From Bugula neritina (lineage: Eukaryota; Animalia; Bryozoa), in assembly GCA_964035545.1 (NCBI GenBank), contig OZ037768.1, positions 10,634,741-10,698,740 of the forward strand: a stretch of DNA of 64,000 bases, read 5' to 3'. A program made the translations under genes and the position numbers. Of the stretch, positions 1 through 32,150 are shown one piece after another; the first letter of the stretch is position 1, and every line of letters begins with the position of its first letter. The notes under the pieces are model-generated. The model saw only the letters and a list, made by a program, of their open reading frames with translations, made no database searches and was not told where the DNA came from.

Positions 1-82
1 TATTATAAACATCGTTATTTCATCTATCTCTAATTGTTTACATGCTTGAGATTTTTTTCACACATTCATTTGTTTGAAATAA

Positions 83-7729
<7,647 letters not shown>

Positions 7730-8954
7730 ACTTTCTCGGTTTATTGCCAATATATCAAGTATTAGGGTTTACATTCAGACATTTTATTCAAGCTTTATTT
7801 TTCTACTAATAAAGTTAGTATATTGTTAATTTTTTTATTTTTACTGTAAAGTAATGTACTAAGTGATTTTTGAACGATATTCTTATAATCTAATATCTTT
7901 GTTTTATTATTTATGGTATACAAAAGGAAATTACAATATCTATTCATATTATATATTCTTGATGAAGTAAATTTCAATTTTTATAAAGTTGAATTTGTAG
8001 AATTTTTTTATCTAACTATGCATAAATAGTTTATTTATTGCTCAATTGACTCTTGAATGTTTGCTCTCCTCAGCAGGTGCAAATAAACTACTTAATTCTT
8101 CTCTAAATGTGTTTTACTTTCCAAGTCATTGGAATAATGATGCCGCATATTCCTTGAAGTATCACGCTTGTGTATTAATTTAGAATCTCACCTTTGCTAG
8201 CTGCCACTGGTCTGTTCAGCTGACATTGCCTGACAAGTCATGAATGTCTTAAAAATGAAACATCCCATTTTATAATGAATAGTGACGTAACTATAAATGG
8301 AACTGTTGGTACTTGATTAGGATAATACTGTTAGCTCTTCTATATATTAATAAGCAATATGAACATTTACACAGTTTGACTATAATATGATGCAGCTGCC
8401 TGCATTCAATTCAAACTTGTAAAGCCCTCTCTTTATATTTTAAGAGCTATAGCAAATCAAGCTGTAGGTCACTCGAATGTGATGCTTCGCTGTTGTTGTC
8501 CACTCTGCCCTATCTCACGGGTATCAATTTGATATTACAGGGATTAATTACTTGTATGTTTGAAAGATGCCGATTTTATGGAGAAATATTTACATTATTT
8601 AGCTGAGATCTTGCTTCTATTTTAAAGTGTGGGCAGTGCGGCAAGCTGATGAAGGTAATGACTTAGTATTACGTAACATGACCAGGGACTACTGCACTAG
8701 CGTTGGTTGGACTGGCAATGTTTTATTTAAACACATAAAATCATTATAGCATGAATCCTTATCAGTTTGAAAAGTTTGCTGAGTTGAATTTTAGATAATT
8801 ATTATACTACTTGGATAGGATAAGCTGTCAACTGACCTGCGTCTTATCTAGGAGCTGGTTTTAGTCAAAGCTTCATGTAATCAACACGGGCAGAAGCCTT
8901 TCGCAGTCCAACCAGGCAACTCTTTAAGACACGCAGCTTCTCATACTCTGCAAT

Positions 8955-18746
<9,792 letters not shown>

Positions 18747-20479
18747 ACAAACTACACAACTTACAAGCAACAACTTACATCTCATTTACGCATGAGTAAA
18801 CTTTGCAAGATGTGCTTATCTATTTCTTTTGTCTGATAATATAATTTATAATATTATCCAAAGTTGGTCAGGCTAATATTTTCATTATTCCAGGTATTGA
18901 AGAGTTACAGAGAGCTTGAAACTTGTAATTGCTTTCAATAATAGTTTTTGACATCTTTGAAATCGTTAACACTATTGAATACATACTCATTAGTTATAAA
19001 TATTTATTTTGTTTAGGTTGAAACTATAGCTTGCTCAAAATGCTTTGGTGGCTTTCCTGTCTGCCAGAGATATTGCAAATTTTTATAACTTTTTACGTTT
19101 TAGCTCCTTTTTTAAAAAACACTTTTCCCAACTGATGCAACAGTCTATTTTTAGAAAAATTGTTTGCTAGAAACTCTATTAATAAATCTTAGTCATCTGT
19201 CGATAAAGTCGAGTCTGATGTTGCGAGATGCTGTTTATATGATTCTGTTTTAAAAGATCTCTATGTGGTGCATTAATTTACCCGTATACACAACTTTTTA
19301 AAGCACTATTTTGAAATCTGAAGTTTCTAAGCTATTTTTTTTCAAGATTTAAATTAAGAAACCTGTAACATAACTAGTAATATTTGGACATAGAAAACTT
19401 TGGCAAGTGTTATAAAATTCAAATCAACCACTAGCAAACATCATGATGATAGCCACACCACTGTAAGCACTGCCATATTGTTTAGAGTTGAATATATTGC
19501 ATCAAGGAGTATTTCCATCTATAGCAAATTACTGCAAATCTAGTTTCAATTCGAGGAGTTGGACAGTACAATAAAACAAAAATTAAGATTAAAACATAAC
19601 CATGCAAACAACTGATGTTGCATTTTTTTAAATTATGGTACGTACTTGGTTAAAAATAATAGCACATTCAAAAACTAATAAATTACTTAAAGTTCCAAAG
19701 CATATTTTTGTTTGAGTAAAACTCAATTCATTGTAAAAAAACATTCAACAGTGCAAAATGTTTCAAATTATAAATTTTATTAATATATTTTATGCTGCAT
19801 TTAAAATCAATATTTCAAGTTATTTAAAAACAAATATATTCATGTACGAACTAGAACATTAAAACCAGGTCATAATTACAAATATACTAACTTAGTACCA
19901 ACATGTTGAGTTATGACTATATTGAGTATTTTACTTTCTTTCTACAAGAGTACATAAATAAAGCAATATAATATTGAATAAGTAAAGAAATATAATGATT
20001 GTCAAATAATACAATGTCACGGCAATATCATATAGAGATACCAATCACACTACATTTGCCACAACTGTGATTGGTGAAAAGCCAGTTGAAGATAATGAAA
20101 ATCATGTTTAAATTGACGGAAATACATGAACTCTCAAGGTTACAATAATTACGATAGAATAAGCATACTAGTTGGTATCAGTAGTGTCAGAGGGATATGC
20201 AGATGTACAACAATAAATATAATTTTTCTGTCTTTAATCAAATTGTTTTATACGTGACACACATTCAAGCACTATCTTTCTTTCAAACTATACTACAGTT
20301 ACAATTAATACAAACTACAGACCAGAAATAGCAAAAATGTATAATAATTATTTTCAAGCTGGAAATGTGAAAAACTCAAATCAAAACCTTTAACCATCAA
20401 CACAGTGTACTTATAATTCACAAACTTGTTTCTATCACAATATTATTTTTGTAAATTCTCATTTTCTCTATAAACAATG

Positions 20480-23400
20480 TTAAGTCGTAGTATCGGTTGC
20501 CTCACAGGTGCTGTGGTGGGTTTCGGCGGCAGTTAGTGTGATGATGTGCGCATCAACTTGGGCCGTCAGCCTGTCTATTTCCTCCTGTAAACCTGTCATC
20601 ACTTTCTCGTTATCTTCCAGCTGCTTGTTCATAGCTGCAACACATGGAATCAACATTAGTACCACAGGTTTCTAAGCTCTCAGAGTTGAAAGTCATTTTT
20701 AACTTATTCATAGCTGCAATACATTGTGTGGGTAAAGAATCAATATTAGTACCACAGGTTTGGTTATTCTACCAAGTTTCAACACCCTCAGAGTTGAAGG
20801 TCATCTTTAAATTATTCTACTGAATCAGAATATATTCGTTGCAATTTGTTAAAATATTCCATGACGTATGAAGGTTTTTATCAGACTTGATATAGAAGTA
20901 TATGGAAGTATCAGGTTAAGCTGAGTAACAGAAAGAGATAAGTTAAGTGTCTTCAAGTTGTTTCTTTATGATACACATTATCTCTTGGGAATGATCTAAG
21001 TGGCTACATTAGCTAGATATCAGCATATTATGCAGCTGATGGTTAACCTCAGCTCCAATACTAGCATCACCCTGCATGTCATGTGACCAAAGAACCACAC
21101 GGCTACTGTTTGGTTTGCACCTACAAGAATGAAGATAGATACTGATTACCTCACACTACATTATTAATCATACTTACTTGTTAAAGTTATATTATTTGAA
21201 GTCAGCGATGTGGCAAGCTGACCCGCCCTCTTCAATAATGCCACAGATCTCTCGTAAGCCGACAGACTTGCGTTGTGTCGCTCAGCAATCTTCTCCGGTA
21301 CTCCTGTATAGTTTGATTCAATCGTCTTGGAATCCTAGAAACAAGCACTTATGATGTAACAGAGTAATAGCGTATGCAAGCAGACATCCTGCGTATAGTT
21401 AAAGTAGCTCTAGATACATTCTCTTTAAACTCAAAATACAACAAAAACAATGATAAGTTGTTAAAGTGCCTGTTCGGCAGCTCTTGTAACAGTAAGTTTG
21501 GATTGCGTGGCTATAATTTGCTGTTTTACTAGTTTGCTGACTAAGCATTAAAACATAAGAGAGAAAGAGAAGATGACTCCCTACCAGTTCCGCCTGATCA
21601 GCATGTCTCCTGGCCAACTCTGCTTCACTTTTAGCCTGATCCACATTCTGGCCATTAGCCGTGTTTATCGTGCCCAGGTTCTTTACTTCAACATACAGGT
21701 TGTTTACGAGAGTTCTAAGGGCGCGCGCCTTCTTCGAGGCTGAGGTCATTGTATCACCGATCTGAAGAGGAATCAAACTCACACAGTTAGCTGCACGCAG
21801 AGTACCAGTTGAAAGTAAAGAAGAAATCCACATGTTGGTTTTAGACAACTTCAATATAAGTAATTGTAATCGGGAAAAAAATCAAACATACAGCTTTGAG
21901 GCTTTCCCTGGTCTCAGCAATATCTTCCTTAGCGTTGCTAATAGCAACAACTGAATCATTTTGAGCTTTCCTGGCGTCAGAGAGTTTCTTGTTTAGATTA
22001 TTAACTTGTTGTAGAATCTCATTAGCTGATTTACTACAAACATAAAATACAAGACAATGAAAATGCCAACGTGTATCGCCATAAAACCCCAACACTCATT
22101 TCTCAAGGCTAAATATCTCAGCTTTGAAAAAACTTTAAATATTGAAATAACCAAACATTTCATTATTGAAATGTTAGCTGAAAAACTAAAAAAAATAATA
22201 TACACATAAATTATATTAAAATTTATTTTAATATATGTTAAGATTTTAAAATTATTCATAAAACAGCAGGCATTACAACTTTTAACAAAAAAACCATTTT
22301 CTTTCAACAGTTTGTGATTCTTGTTTAGCTACAAAATGCAAGATGTGAAAGTTGGAAATTGTCTGCCCACAGTTCAATAGATAATATACGAGTATTCCTC
22401 GTTTTTTTAATAGATAATTTAGCCTGAGAACCTTCAGCTGACCTCCTCAGTAAGCTGATTGGCTACACATATGACAAGAGTTTGCACATCCTTTACCGAA
22501 AGCCCCCCTCCTCAGGTTTAATGCAATGACTACGTATAACTTGATGATGTGTCCTCTTTCTGGCATGTAACTATCAAAACCTGCTCCAATCTACTAGTGA
22601 ATAGACTGACCTCGCGTTGTCAGCTCTTTCTTTTAGTTTCTCTGACGTGGCCAGGTCTGCTGCGGTCTCGTTTAGGATTTGATCAATGTTGGTGAGATTC
22701 TTTATTGTTTCATTGATCTGATTGGCTAATGCCTCAATCCTTCCAAGCTCAATCGATATATTCAGCTCTAGAACTCTCTCAGCCACCTTGTAACATAATA
22801 TTGTCAAGTTTGATAACCTTAAATAGATTCAGAGAAGTAACCTTACAGAGAAAATAGCAAACAGTAAAGTAATGTATTAATCTAGAAATTACAATTTTAT
22901 TTTGGATTCATAAAAATATTTTTAATATTCTCATTTACGAGATTGTTAGACACACTCAGGGCGTAAAAGACAAACTATGCATGGGATAATATCCAGGCTG
23001 TAAAAGAGCCATATAATTGCTCAAGCTTAAAAACAATAATCTAAATATATAAACAATAACCAATAAAAAAATAAATTAACTGTAGAGAAGTAAGCAGGTC
23101 GAATAGATACGCCTTTACACATAACACGTGTAACATTCATTACAAGAACGTAAAATAACGCACTGTAATGACATCTTGTGGAGTTACTTTATCTTCACCA
23201 AGAAACTCTCCAATAGTGTTGAGTGTATCAGTTAAATTAAGGTTAGCAGATGTAGCCTCCTCTAAAACAGCTGCGGCAGCGATGTTGGACTCATTGGCAG
23301 CAATTAGTGTGACATCCGCTTCAACATTCGCATCTTCAAACTAAAATCAAACGCTTTTTAGAAGAGCTATTCAAAAACTAAGCATAGAAAAGCCTTTTAA

Positions 23401-26400
23401 GTGCTTCCAAATATTGAAGTTAGTGAAAAATTAATTAGCTTGGAAAGGTTTAGTGATGGTCTATAAAAAACATAAGATTTATTCTCATATTTCAAGTAAA
23501 CAGCAATTGTGATTTTTTGTACCACAGGCTACAAGGCATTATAGCCCAACGTCAATATTATATATTTAAAATACAGTCTTTGCTATTAATGTTTTAAACA
23601 AAAAAATAAATTGAAATTTTTTTTAACATAGATTAAAAAGTGGAATAACACAAAAAGACATGCGGGTTTTAATTACAGAGAGTGTTCTTACACTATGTAA
23701 CAGTGAAGACATAACACTTACATAAAATTACACAGACTTACATGGATTTGAGCTGCAACTTTCTAGAAATGCATTGAACTCAAATTATATGCATACAGTA
23801 TAGAATATAATCAATGAGTGCGCGATTGCGTGCATAACTTTGCTAAAACCAAAACTCTTAAATTATTTGTTATATGATTCAATACAAACATGTACACTTC
23901 AACTAAATAGAAATATTGAAACTAAACTATCACAAATAGCATTTTAAAACTTACCTCTTTCTTCAAAGAGTTAGCGCTCAACGTCTTATTGTCGGCAATA
24001 TCTTCAGCCTGCTCTATGGTGTTCATTGCAGAAATGACCTTGCCTTGTGCTCCGTTAGTACAGCTGTTACCTTTGCCACATGAGCCACAGCCACCTCCGC
24101 CACATGCTGCATCGCAATACTGATCCGGTAGGAATGGAGATTTCACATCGCAAACCTACAATACAACCAGTTCAGCTAGGTGTGCACATGTAACAGTTCA
24201 GCTGCGTGTGCACATGTAACAGTTCAGCTGCGTGTGCACATGTAACAGTTCAGCTATGTGTGCATATGCAACAGTTTAGCTATGTGTGCATATGCAACAG
24301 TTTAGCTATGTGTGTAATAAACAATCATATGCGAGGAAGTTTATAAAATCATTGAGTAAAACTGCAATGAAATGTTGCATCAAGTTGATGAAGTTTTGTC
24401 GAGCTACTAACCAGTTTGTTGATGTCTTCTAGTGTAGCTAGTTTGATCTCAGCGAGTTGTTGGTCAAACTCGTCAAGTGCCTCCGTATTCTCTCGAGTCT
24501 TGTTGGTGAACTCCTCATCATTAGTCTCCAACATATCAATAGTATCATTCTGTAGAGCTAGGGCTTCTGTCACGAGGTCCTTGGTTTGTGACGCTTCATC
24601 CAGGTACGACTGAGAGCTACAAAGTTTTTCATAAGTTTATATAGTTGTAAACTTTACATATACTGTATTCATACTTACCTTTTGATATGCATTTGGTGAA
24701 TTGTCAAAGCTAATGTTCATGTTAAGTTCTTTACTAATTATATAATACAAACAGCATTGCATAGTACATACTCACATTGGGCAGACAACTACCACTGTCT
24801 GAATTTTCAAAGACTAGAATAATTTATTTTACATCCTTTTAACTTACTGCAAACTGTTACAATAAAAGCAGTATGAATCTCTCAACACTCACAGTTGTTC
24901 ATTAGCTTGAATGGTTTTATACGCCCCAACGATATCCTCCTGCACTGCTTTGTCTACGTCAATTTTCTGCGCTTGAGCAAACTGCAGAAGTTCTGCAATC
25001 TGCAGTTCTAAAGCAGACAGATGGCTCTCTGTCTGGGCAACTTCCTTGTTGGTCTCTTTGAGGTCGTTATCCAGTACAGCAATCTCACTCTGTGCACTCT
25101 CAAGTAGCAGTCTGAAACACACGGATGTGCGCTATATGTTAGTTGTATTACTATTCTAACTACTATAAATATAATACAGTTACATAATTCCATATGAAAC
25201 TACACGTTTCAATTATTGTATAAGTTACTGAACATCGCACAATTGCTATCTATAAATAATGTGAACCAAAATGGTTGTTTGTAACAAAAGTTTTATAAAT
25301 TATATTTTAAATTTAAAAAGAAACTAGCTACATGATCTTACAAACAATTTCCTTTTACTAGCTACTCACCTAATTTGATCTAGACTTAGCTCCATCTCAT
25401 CCAAACTAGCCTCACTCTTGTTAAAGTTATTTATTATCATTTGAATTTTTCCGAGCGTGTCTTCTATCTTCTGAAATTGCTCATCAAATACGCCAACAGC
25501 GCCTTGGGATTTGGTTACATTCACCTGCACCAGCATGTCATCCGTTCTCTCTGCATTATGAGAATACAAGAGTTATTCTACCCTGACACTTTACAGCGGG
25601 AGGGGGGGGAGAGTAGAGTAAATGCAATACTGATTAACATCCATTGCTCAACGTTCATAGGCTATACTTTAAAGTTGAACCCAGAGAGTTCAGCAATGCA
25701 TCATATATAATATATATTATTTATAACATAATGTAATATAATATGTAATAATATAATCCAGCCTGCTTAACTATAGTATTTTAAATGTATATTAAAACTG
25801 TTTTATTTTAAATTTTTGATTTTTATTTATTAAATAAACCCAGCAAGCCGCATCAGATAAGCTAGAAAATGACACTCTACAAATACACATTTTCAACATG
25901 ACCAACATGCCAGAAGAACAATTCAGGTTTGGAGTGATTATATATACCTTTCCTTATCTTATCACCCTGTTAGCACATGTAAGTACACGTCAGCATACAA
26001 CTGTCTTACCTCTCAAAGTCTTCACAATACTGTCCCAGTTGTCAAAGCATTCTCCACAAGGCACACAGTTGGGCAGATCTCCGGTAGTGCCTCTATCACA
26101 CCTGTCACACTTCAACCCGGTTATACCTTCTAGACAGACGCACTGCCCTGAGGTTGGGTCGCATTGCAGGGTCTCTGAGCCGTCTGGGTTACAATCACAG
26201 GCTAAAACATAATAATATAAATAGTAACATCACACTAAACAAAGTGATAATTTATAGTAAGTATGTAGTGACACAAACACTGATAGATGATATAAAACAG
26301 GCTGAACTACTACATTATTATTATTATATGCATGTTGAAACATACATGCATTTTTACAAATATACCTACATTCCACTTGTATAGATACAACTGTTTCTAA

Positions 26401-29400
26401 ATAATAAATCTGCAGCAAAGTTGACTTATACACTGTGTTTCCAAACTCCTGATTATGCAATAGATTTTTCATTTGGAAGCAGTAGCATTGAATGAAACCA
26501 CAACTACAAATTATATTTGCATAATGGGAAGTAATGGTACAATTTCTGGTATGCCAACACCTAGACATTGCACACAGCTACAGTTACTGGTGACAATAAG
26601 CAATACTTACCAAAGCATTGGGCCACAGGATCACCATAGTAGAGGTCTGGACACTGATCACACCTCTTGCCACCTCGTCCTGCTATACACTGACACTGGC
26701 CATCAAACTCGTTACACTGAGGAGAGAGACTTCCTTCATTGTCGCACATACAAGGTTCGCAGCCGACCCCGCTGGCCAGCTTCCAATGGTCCTGAGCGCA
26801 CTGGTCACATGACTCACCGATGACGTTGGGTAGACACGGGCACTGTCCAGTCTGTCTATTGCATGGCTCAGTGGCGTTACGGTCAGCTCCCAGCCAGTTG
26901 CATGTGCAAGCTGAAATGTTGATATGAATATGTTTAATTTAGATTGTCACACAACACACACGCACGCGCGCGCGCACACACACACACCACACACACACTC
27001 ACGCAACACTCTCGCAGCACACCAGTTATAACCTGTCATATCATGAGTTTATATTACCTAAGACAGCTGTGTCTACTCTAATTAACATACTGTAGGTTTC
27101 AAATACTATAATTAATACTAAACAGAGTTATCAAAGTTATTATTAAGTTGAATTATAGTTAGAGATAGTCAGTATGACTCATTACATAAATTAATAGAAT
27201 GCTGCAACATATTCACAGGTGAAATTCAGAACTAGCTTTATAGCTCCTCATTTTTCCAGTGATAAATTTTATTGCCTTTTACTGAAATCATAGTCTGTGC
27301 ATAGCATATAGAGACAATTCGTTCAACTGAATAAGTTTTCATCTTATAGCTATGAGCCAAGAAACCTCGAACTTAAAAATATTTACACTAAACACAGTGA
27401 AATCATTTGAACATTTTTCATATGATTTTAACAAATACATTAAATTATGCAGGAAGGTATTAAAATGCCATCAACATTCTGTAAACACAACAATTACAAT
27501 ATTTTCATTTCTTTCTTTCCAGCAAGTATTTCTACAGATATCCCTATGAGTACTTCAAGAAAAGGGGCAAAACATTCTAACAGCTGTGAAAACATTTGCC
27601 AGCTTAGAAACAGGTGCCAACAGATTTTCTGTTATCGACTTGGAGGCTGCCATTAGCTCTAATCACATGACATTTATTCTTCGCTGATCAACAGTGAAAA
27701 AACTGTTCAACAAAACAAAGCCCTGGGCCCCTATGCACAATACCTTTTTTTTACTAATTTTTACATTTATACTCAAAATATTATCCACATCACACTGATT
27801 GAAATACTAATGATCTCCTAGCCAATGAGAATATACGTACCAACACAGGAGTGCTCCACGGCGTTACCGTGGAAACCCTTGGCGCAACGTTCGCAGTTGT
27901 CTCCTTCTGTATCGTACTGGCACTTGAGACAGCGGCCAGTGTCAGCGTCACAGCTGCCGGGTATCTCCATATCTATACTATAATTACATCCTTCCAAACA
28001 GGAAGTGCATGTGCCGTTAGCAACCAGTGGATTTCCGTAGTGGTTGATGGCGCATTCTTCGCATCTATCACCTGAAACATACAGCATTGTCTGAACGCCT
28101 TTTTAAAATGTTATAGTTTCTTTCTTATAATTTCGAGGCTCAGCTAGTAATGCGGTAATGCCGATGTAATGGACTAAATGTAATAGAGTTATGATATACA
28201 AAGTTGCTATTAAGTTGAACTTGTAAAGCTTGTTCAGGCCTTCAGCTCTTCAGTTTTATTGGCAGAAATGTAGAGTTTCAGTGTTTAATAGAAATGCGGT
28301 TGTGGCAGGTAAATTTTTTTTTAGAATTTCAAGAAAAAATTATGTGATCTGTTCAATATCTCTGTAAACTAGAGTTGTAAAATTATACTGCCACCAGCAC
28401 TGTGTACCAGGGCGGTGATGCTACTTAAATATTACCATTATCACTGTAAGGTGTTGTTATAATATTCAGCCACTATTACTATAACTAATGCTACTTTAGT
28501 TACTCCTATTACTATTACCAGCACACCTACCATTATTACTGCTACTTTAATTAGTACTATTACTATTACTACTATAACTACTATTACTACTACTACTACT
28601 ACTATTACTACTACTACTACTACTATTACTACTACTACTACTACTATTACTACTACTATTATTACTACTACTACTACAGTCATACACAATACTACTATAG
28701 TCATTACTAGCAGTTGCTATCATCATTATAGCAAAATATAACCAATATTTACTACCATCAAAACTACTCCTATACAGACTACTGAGTACTAAAATAATAT
28801 TACAGAATTGATAAAAGCATGTGTCCTAGATGATAATATAGGGAAAAAAAATCACAATTTCAAACAAATAAAGAACTTAGGCTATTGAAAGTTCTAAGTT
28901 GCTGCACTTGAATGTCCCAACACATCTATGCATACATTTGCTGACCTTACACTAAAACTAAAAAAATCTTTAGAAAGCCTTAAAATACTCACTCATTGGA
29001 AGCATTCCAAATGTTTATTTATGCGACAGATAAACAATACATCAGACCATATTCAGTATCTAAATATTTAGTTTCAAGGTTAAAATTGCACTTAACTTTT
29101 CAATGCATTATGGATTCTAGAATCAGTTGGCTAAACACAATGTTGATAATTTACCTGCGAATTCAGGTGGACAGTCACATATCATTGCCTTAGTTCTTTG
29201 GTCCAGAGAGCATGTGCTGGCATGTTGATAGCCACTACCTTCCCCGCCCGGACACATACACTTACTACACGGTATCTCAGATCCGAGACTAGGGTCTCCG
29301 TAGTATCCTATAAGTAGTGTCAATATGTACGTCAGCCTCATTCTGGCGACCAGTTCAATCCATAGAGTAATAGAAGTTGCGAGTTACTACAGCATTACCT

Positions 29401-32012
29401 AACTGACCCACAGTACAGCTAGTACTATAAGATGCTACTCTTGCCAGCACCGCAATGACTAATACAATGTAGTAGAATGTAGATGAACCACTAAGATATG
29501 TAACAACACAGCTTGAGCCATAAAACAGTTTTTATAGCCTAATTGCAACAAAAACTGAGAATAGGCTTTTAATGATGAGTGTGATTGGCTGGTGATATTA
29601 ATTAGTTATCTCATCTAGTCAGTCAATACAGAACGTGGTGAATAATACATCAGATATATAAACACAGCTATCCTTGTTTATGAGGTGATGGACAGATAAA
29701 ATAAAGTGTTTGTGGTTGGAAAAACTTTCATTCATGTTATATTTAGTATACAGGAGGAGGGGGTCAGCTAGGAGAGGTCAACTGGTTCAAACTAGACATA
29801 AAACTCTCTTCAAGTGCTGCCTTGAAGGGCTTTCACCAGAGAACTCAACTTCAACAAAGAACTTGGAGTTATTTTGATAATTATCAAGACTGGATTATTT
29901 AACTGGTTATTATGATGGTAACATTGCATTTAGTGCAAACTGTAGTGTATAGTCTGAGCATAGTGTATAGTCTGAGTATAGTATATAGTCCGGGTATAGT
30001 GTATAGTCTGAGTATAGTGTGTAGTCTGAGTATAGTGTATAGTCTGAGTGTAGTGTATAGTCTGAGTATAGTGTATAGTCTGAGTATAGTGTATAGCCTG
30101 AGTATAGTGTGTAGTCTGAGTATAGTATATAGTCTGAGTATAGTGTATAGTCTGAGTATAGTATATAGTCTGAGTATAGTGTGTAGTCTGAGTATAGTGT
30201 ATAGTCTGAGTATAGTGTATAGTCTGAGTATAGTGTATAGTCTGAGTATAGTGTATAGTCTGAGTATAGTGTATAGTCTGAGTATAGTGTATAGTCTGAG
30301 TATAGTGTGTAGTCTGAGTATAGTGTATAGTCTGAGTATACTCTCCATACAGTACGTACAATATAACATTACTTACTCTATATACAGCATCTAAATATAT
30401 GACTTACCATCCATACAGTACCTACATATGTGACTTACTCTCCATACAGTACGTACACATAATATGACTCACCGTTCATGCAGGCGTCACACTTGTCCCC
30501 CACAGTATTATCTCGGCACTCGAGACAGACTCCAGTCACATCTTCACACTCATCAGCGTGACCGTTACACTGACAGAGTTCACAGTGAGGAAAGTTGAAC
30601 ATCCCCTTGTCACATTTGTCACACGCTCGGTCGCGGATATTATTCTTGCACAGACATTTACCATCTACTGGGTCACAAATATTGTCACGAGCTCCTTGTC
30701 CATCGCAGTTACACACTAAACGATACAATATCTACATGATACTGTCATAGAACAGAGTGGCTGTTGCAAGGACACGGCAGAGTAAGACTTCAACTTAAAT
30801 ATCACGGTGTACAATATTTAAACAGTTTTGACCGTTGAAGGGTTTTTAAGCTCTAAAGTATCTCTTTGGTTTCCTATAAATGGCATAGAAAATTTAAAAA
30901 TTATTTATTACAAATTAAAATATATTTACTCTAAATATGACATATTTTATATACGCTGAAAATTATATTTTCTGCATTCTAAACGGCTTGTACTTAACAG
31001 TATTTCTAAAAATATATTGTAAACTATTAAACATATGGTGAATGAGCTATAATATAACCTGCCTCATATGAAACATAGAGAACTGTGCAACACTAAATAA
31101 AAAGTATTCATCATTCTTTTAATAAAAAATATTGGACTTCAATCACAAAAATATAAATTCTAAACACATACTTATTGAGCAGTCTATATACCTCTTATTA
31201 TCTAAAAGTTTGTAAAAGTCTGGCAAATTTCATGATCAACAAATTCCAACCAATCACAGTTCTATTCAATCAATGCAGGTCGATTAGGAATTTCTATGAA
31301 AAGAGGGCACAACTCTGATAATTCAATTATAATAAAAGTAGAAGAAATAGCACTTACAAAGGCAGCCCTGAGGTCCGAATCCATAAGCACCAGGCATGCA
31401 CATGTCACATCTTCTGCCGTTAACATTTGGCTTACAGTCACACTGGCCTCCGTATGGCTCACAGATGCGGCTGTTGGAGCCAGTCGGGTCGCAATCACAG
31501 TCTATAAAGCAATGTTACTTCTCAGCTGGACAAGTTACATATCTCAGCAAGTATGTATCTCAAACCTGATCATACAGTGTTAAAACTAACTGCTACTTTT
31601 ACATAGCCAACACAAGTAAATCTCCTTTTAGTTCCTAAAGCTGATGTAAACCTGATCGACATTAAAATAATGCAAGTGTTCAACAATGTATCACTTTTTT
31701 ATTTCTTACAATTACTTTGGGGAGGAGATGACTCTGTATAAAATAAAACACCCTCTCACCTAGAGCCTTGTTCTGAATGGCAGTGCCTATGCTGAACATG
31801 TACTTCTTACACTGAGCAGGGATATCTGCCACATTCACGACTTCATGCTCAAGATTATTGCAGTAAATTATCTGACCAACAGGCAAGGGGTTTGGCTCTT
31901 TCCTAACTGGAGCTTCAGTAAACACTGGGATTAGTGAAATCTGCAAGACAAGAAAAATCATGTAATTATCCACAACAGTGTGACAATTCTTCACAACAAC
32001 AGCTTGTATTGT

Positions 32013-32056
<44 letters not shown>

Positions 32057-32106
32057 AGAGAGAGGGGGGAGAGAGAGAGAGGGGAGAGAGAGAGGAGAGA
32101 GAGGGG

Positions 32107-32150
<44 letters not shown>

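Noticed and set aside
28441-28704. Hydrophobic poly-Val/Ile membrane peptides (also 56247-56438)
   Set aside because: Trinucleotide low-complexity DNA.
29899-30394. Three long periodic ORFs (LYTILR, IVYSLS, YTQTIH repeats)
   Set aside because: By-products of an 18-bp minisatellite whose period is a multiple of 3; intronic, with no splice support.
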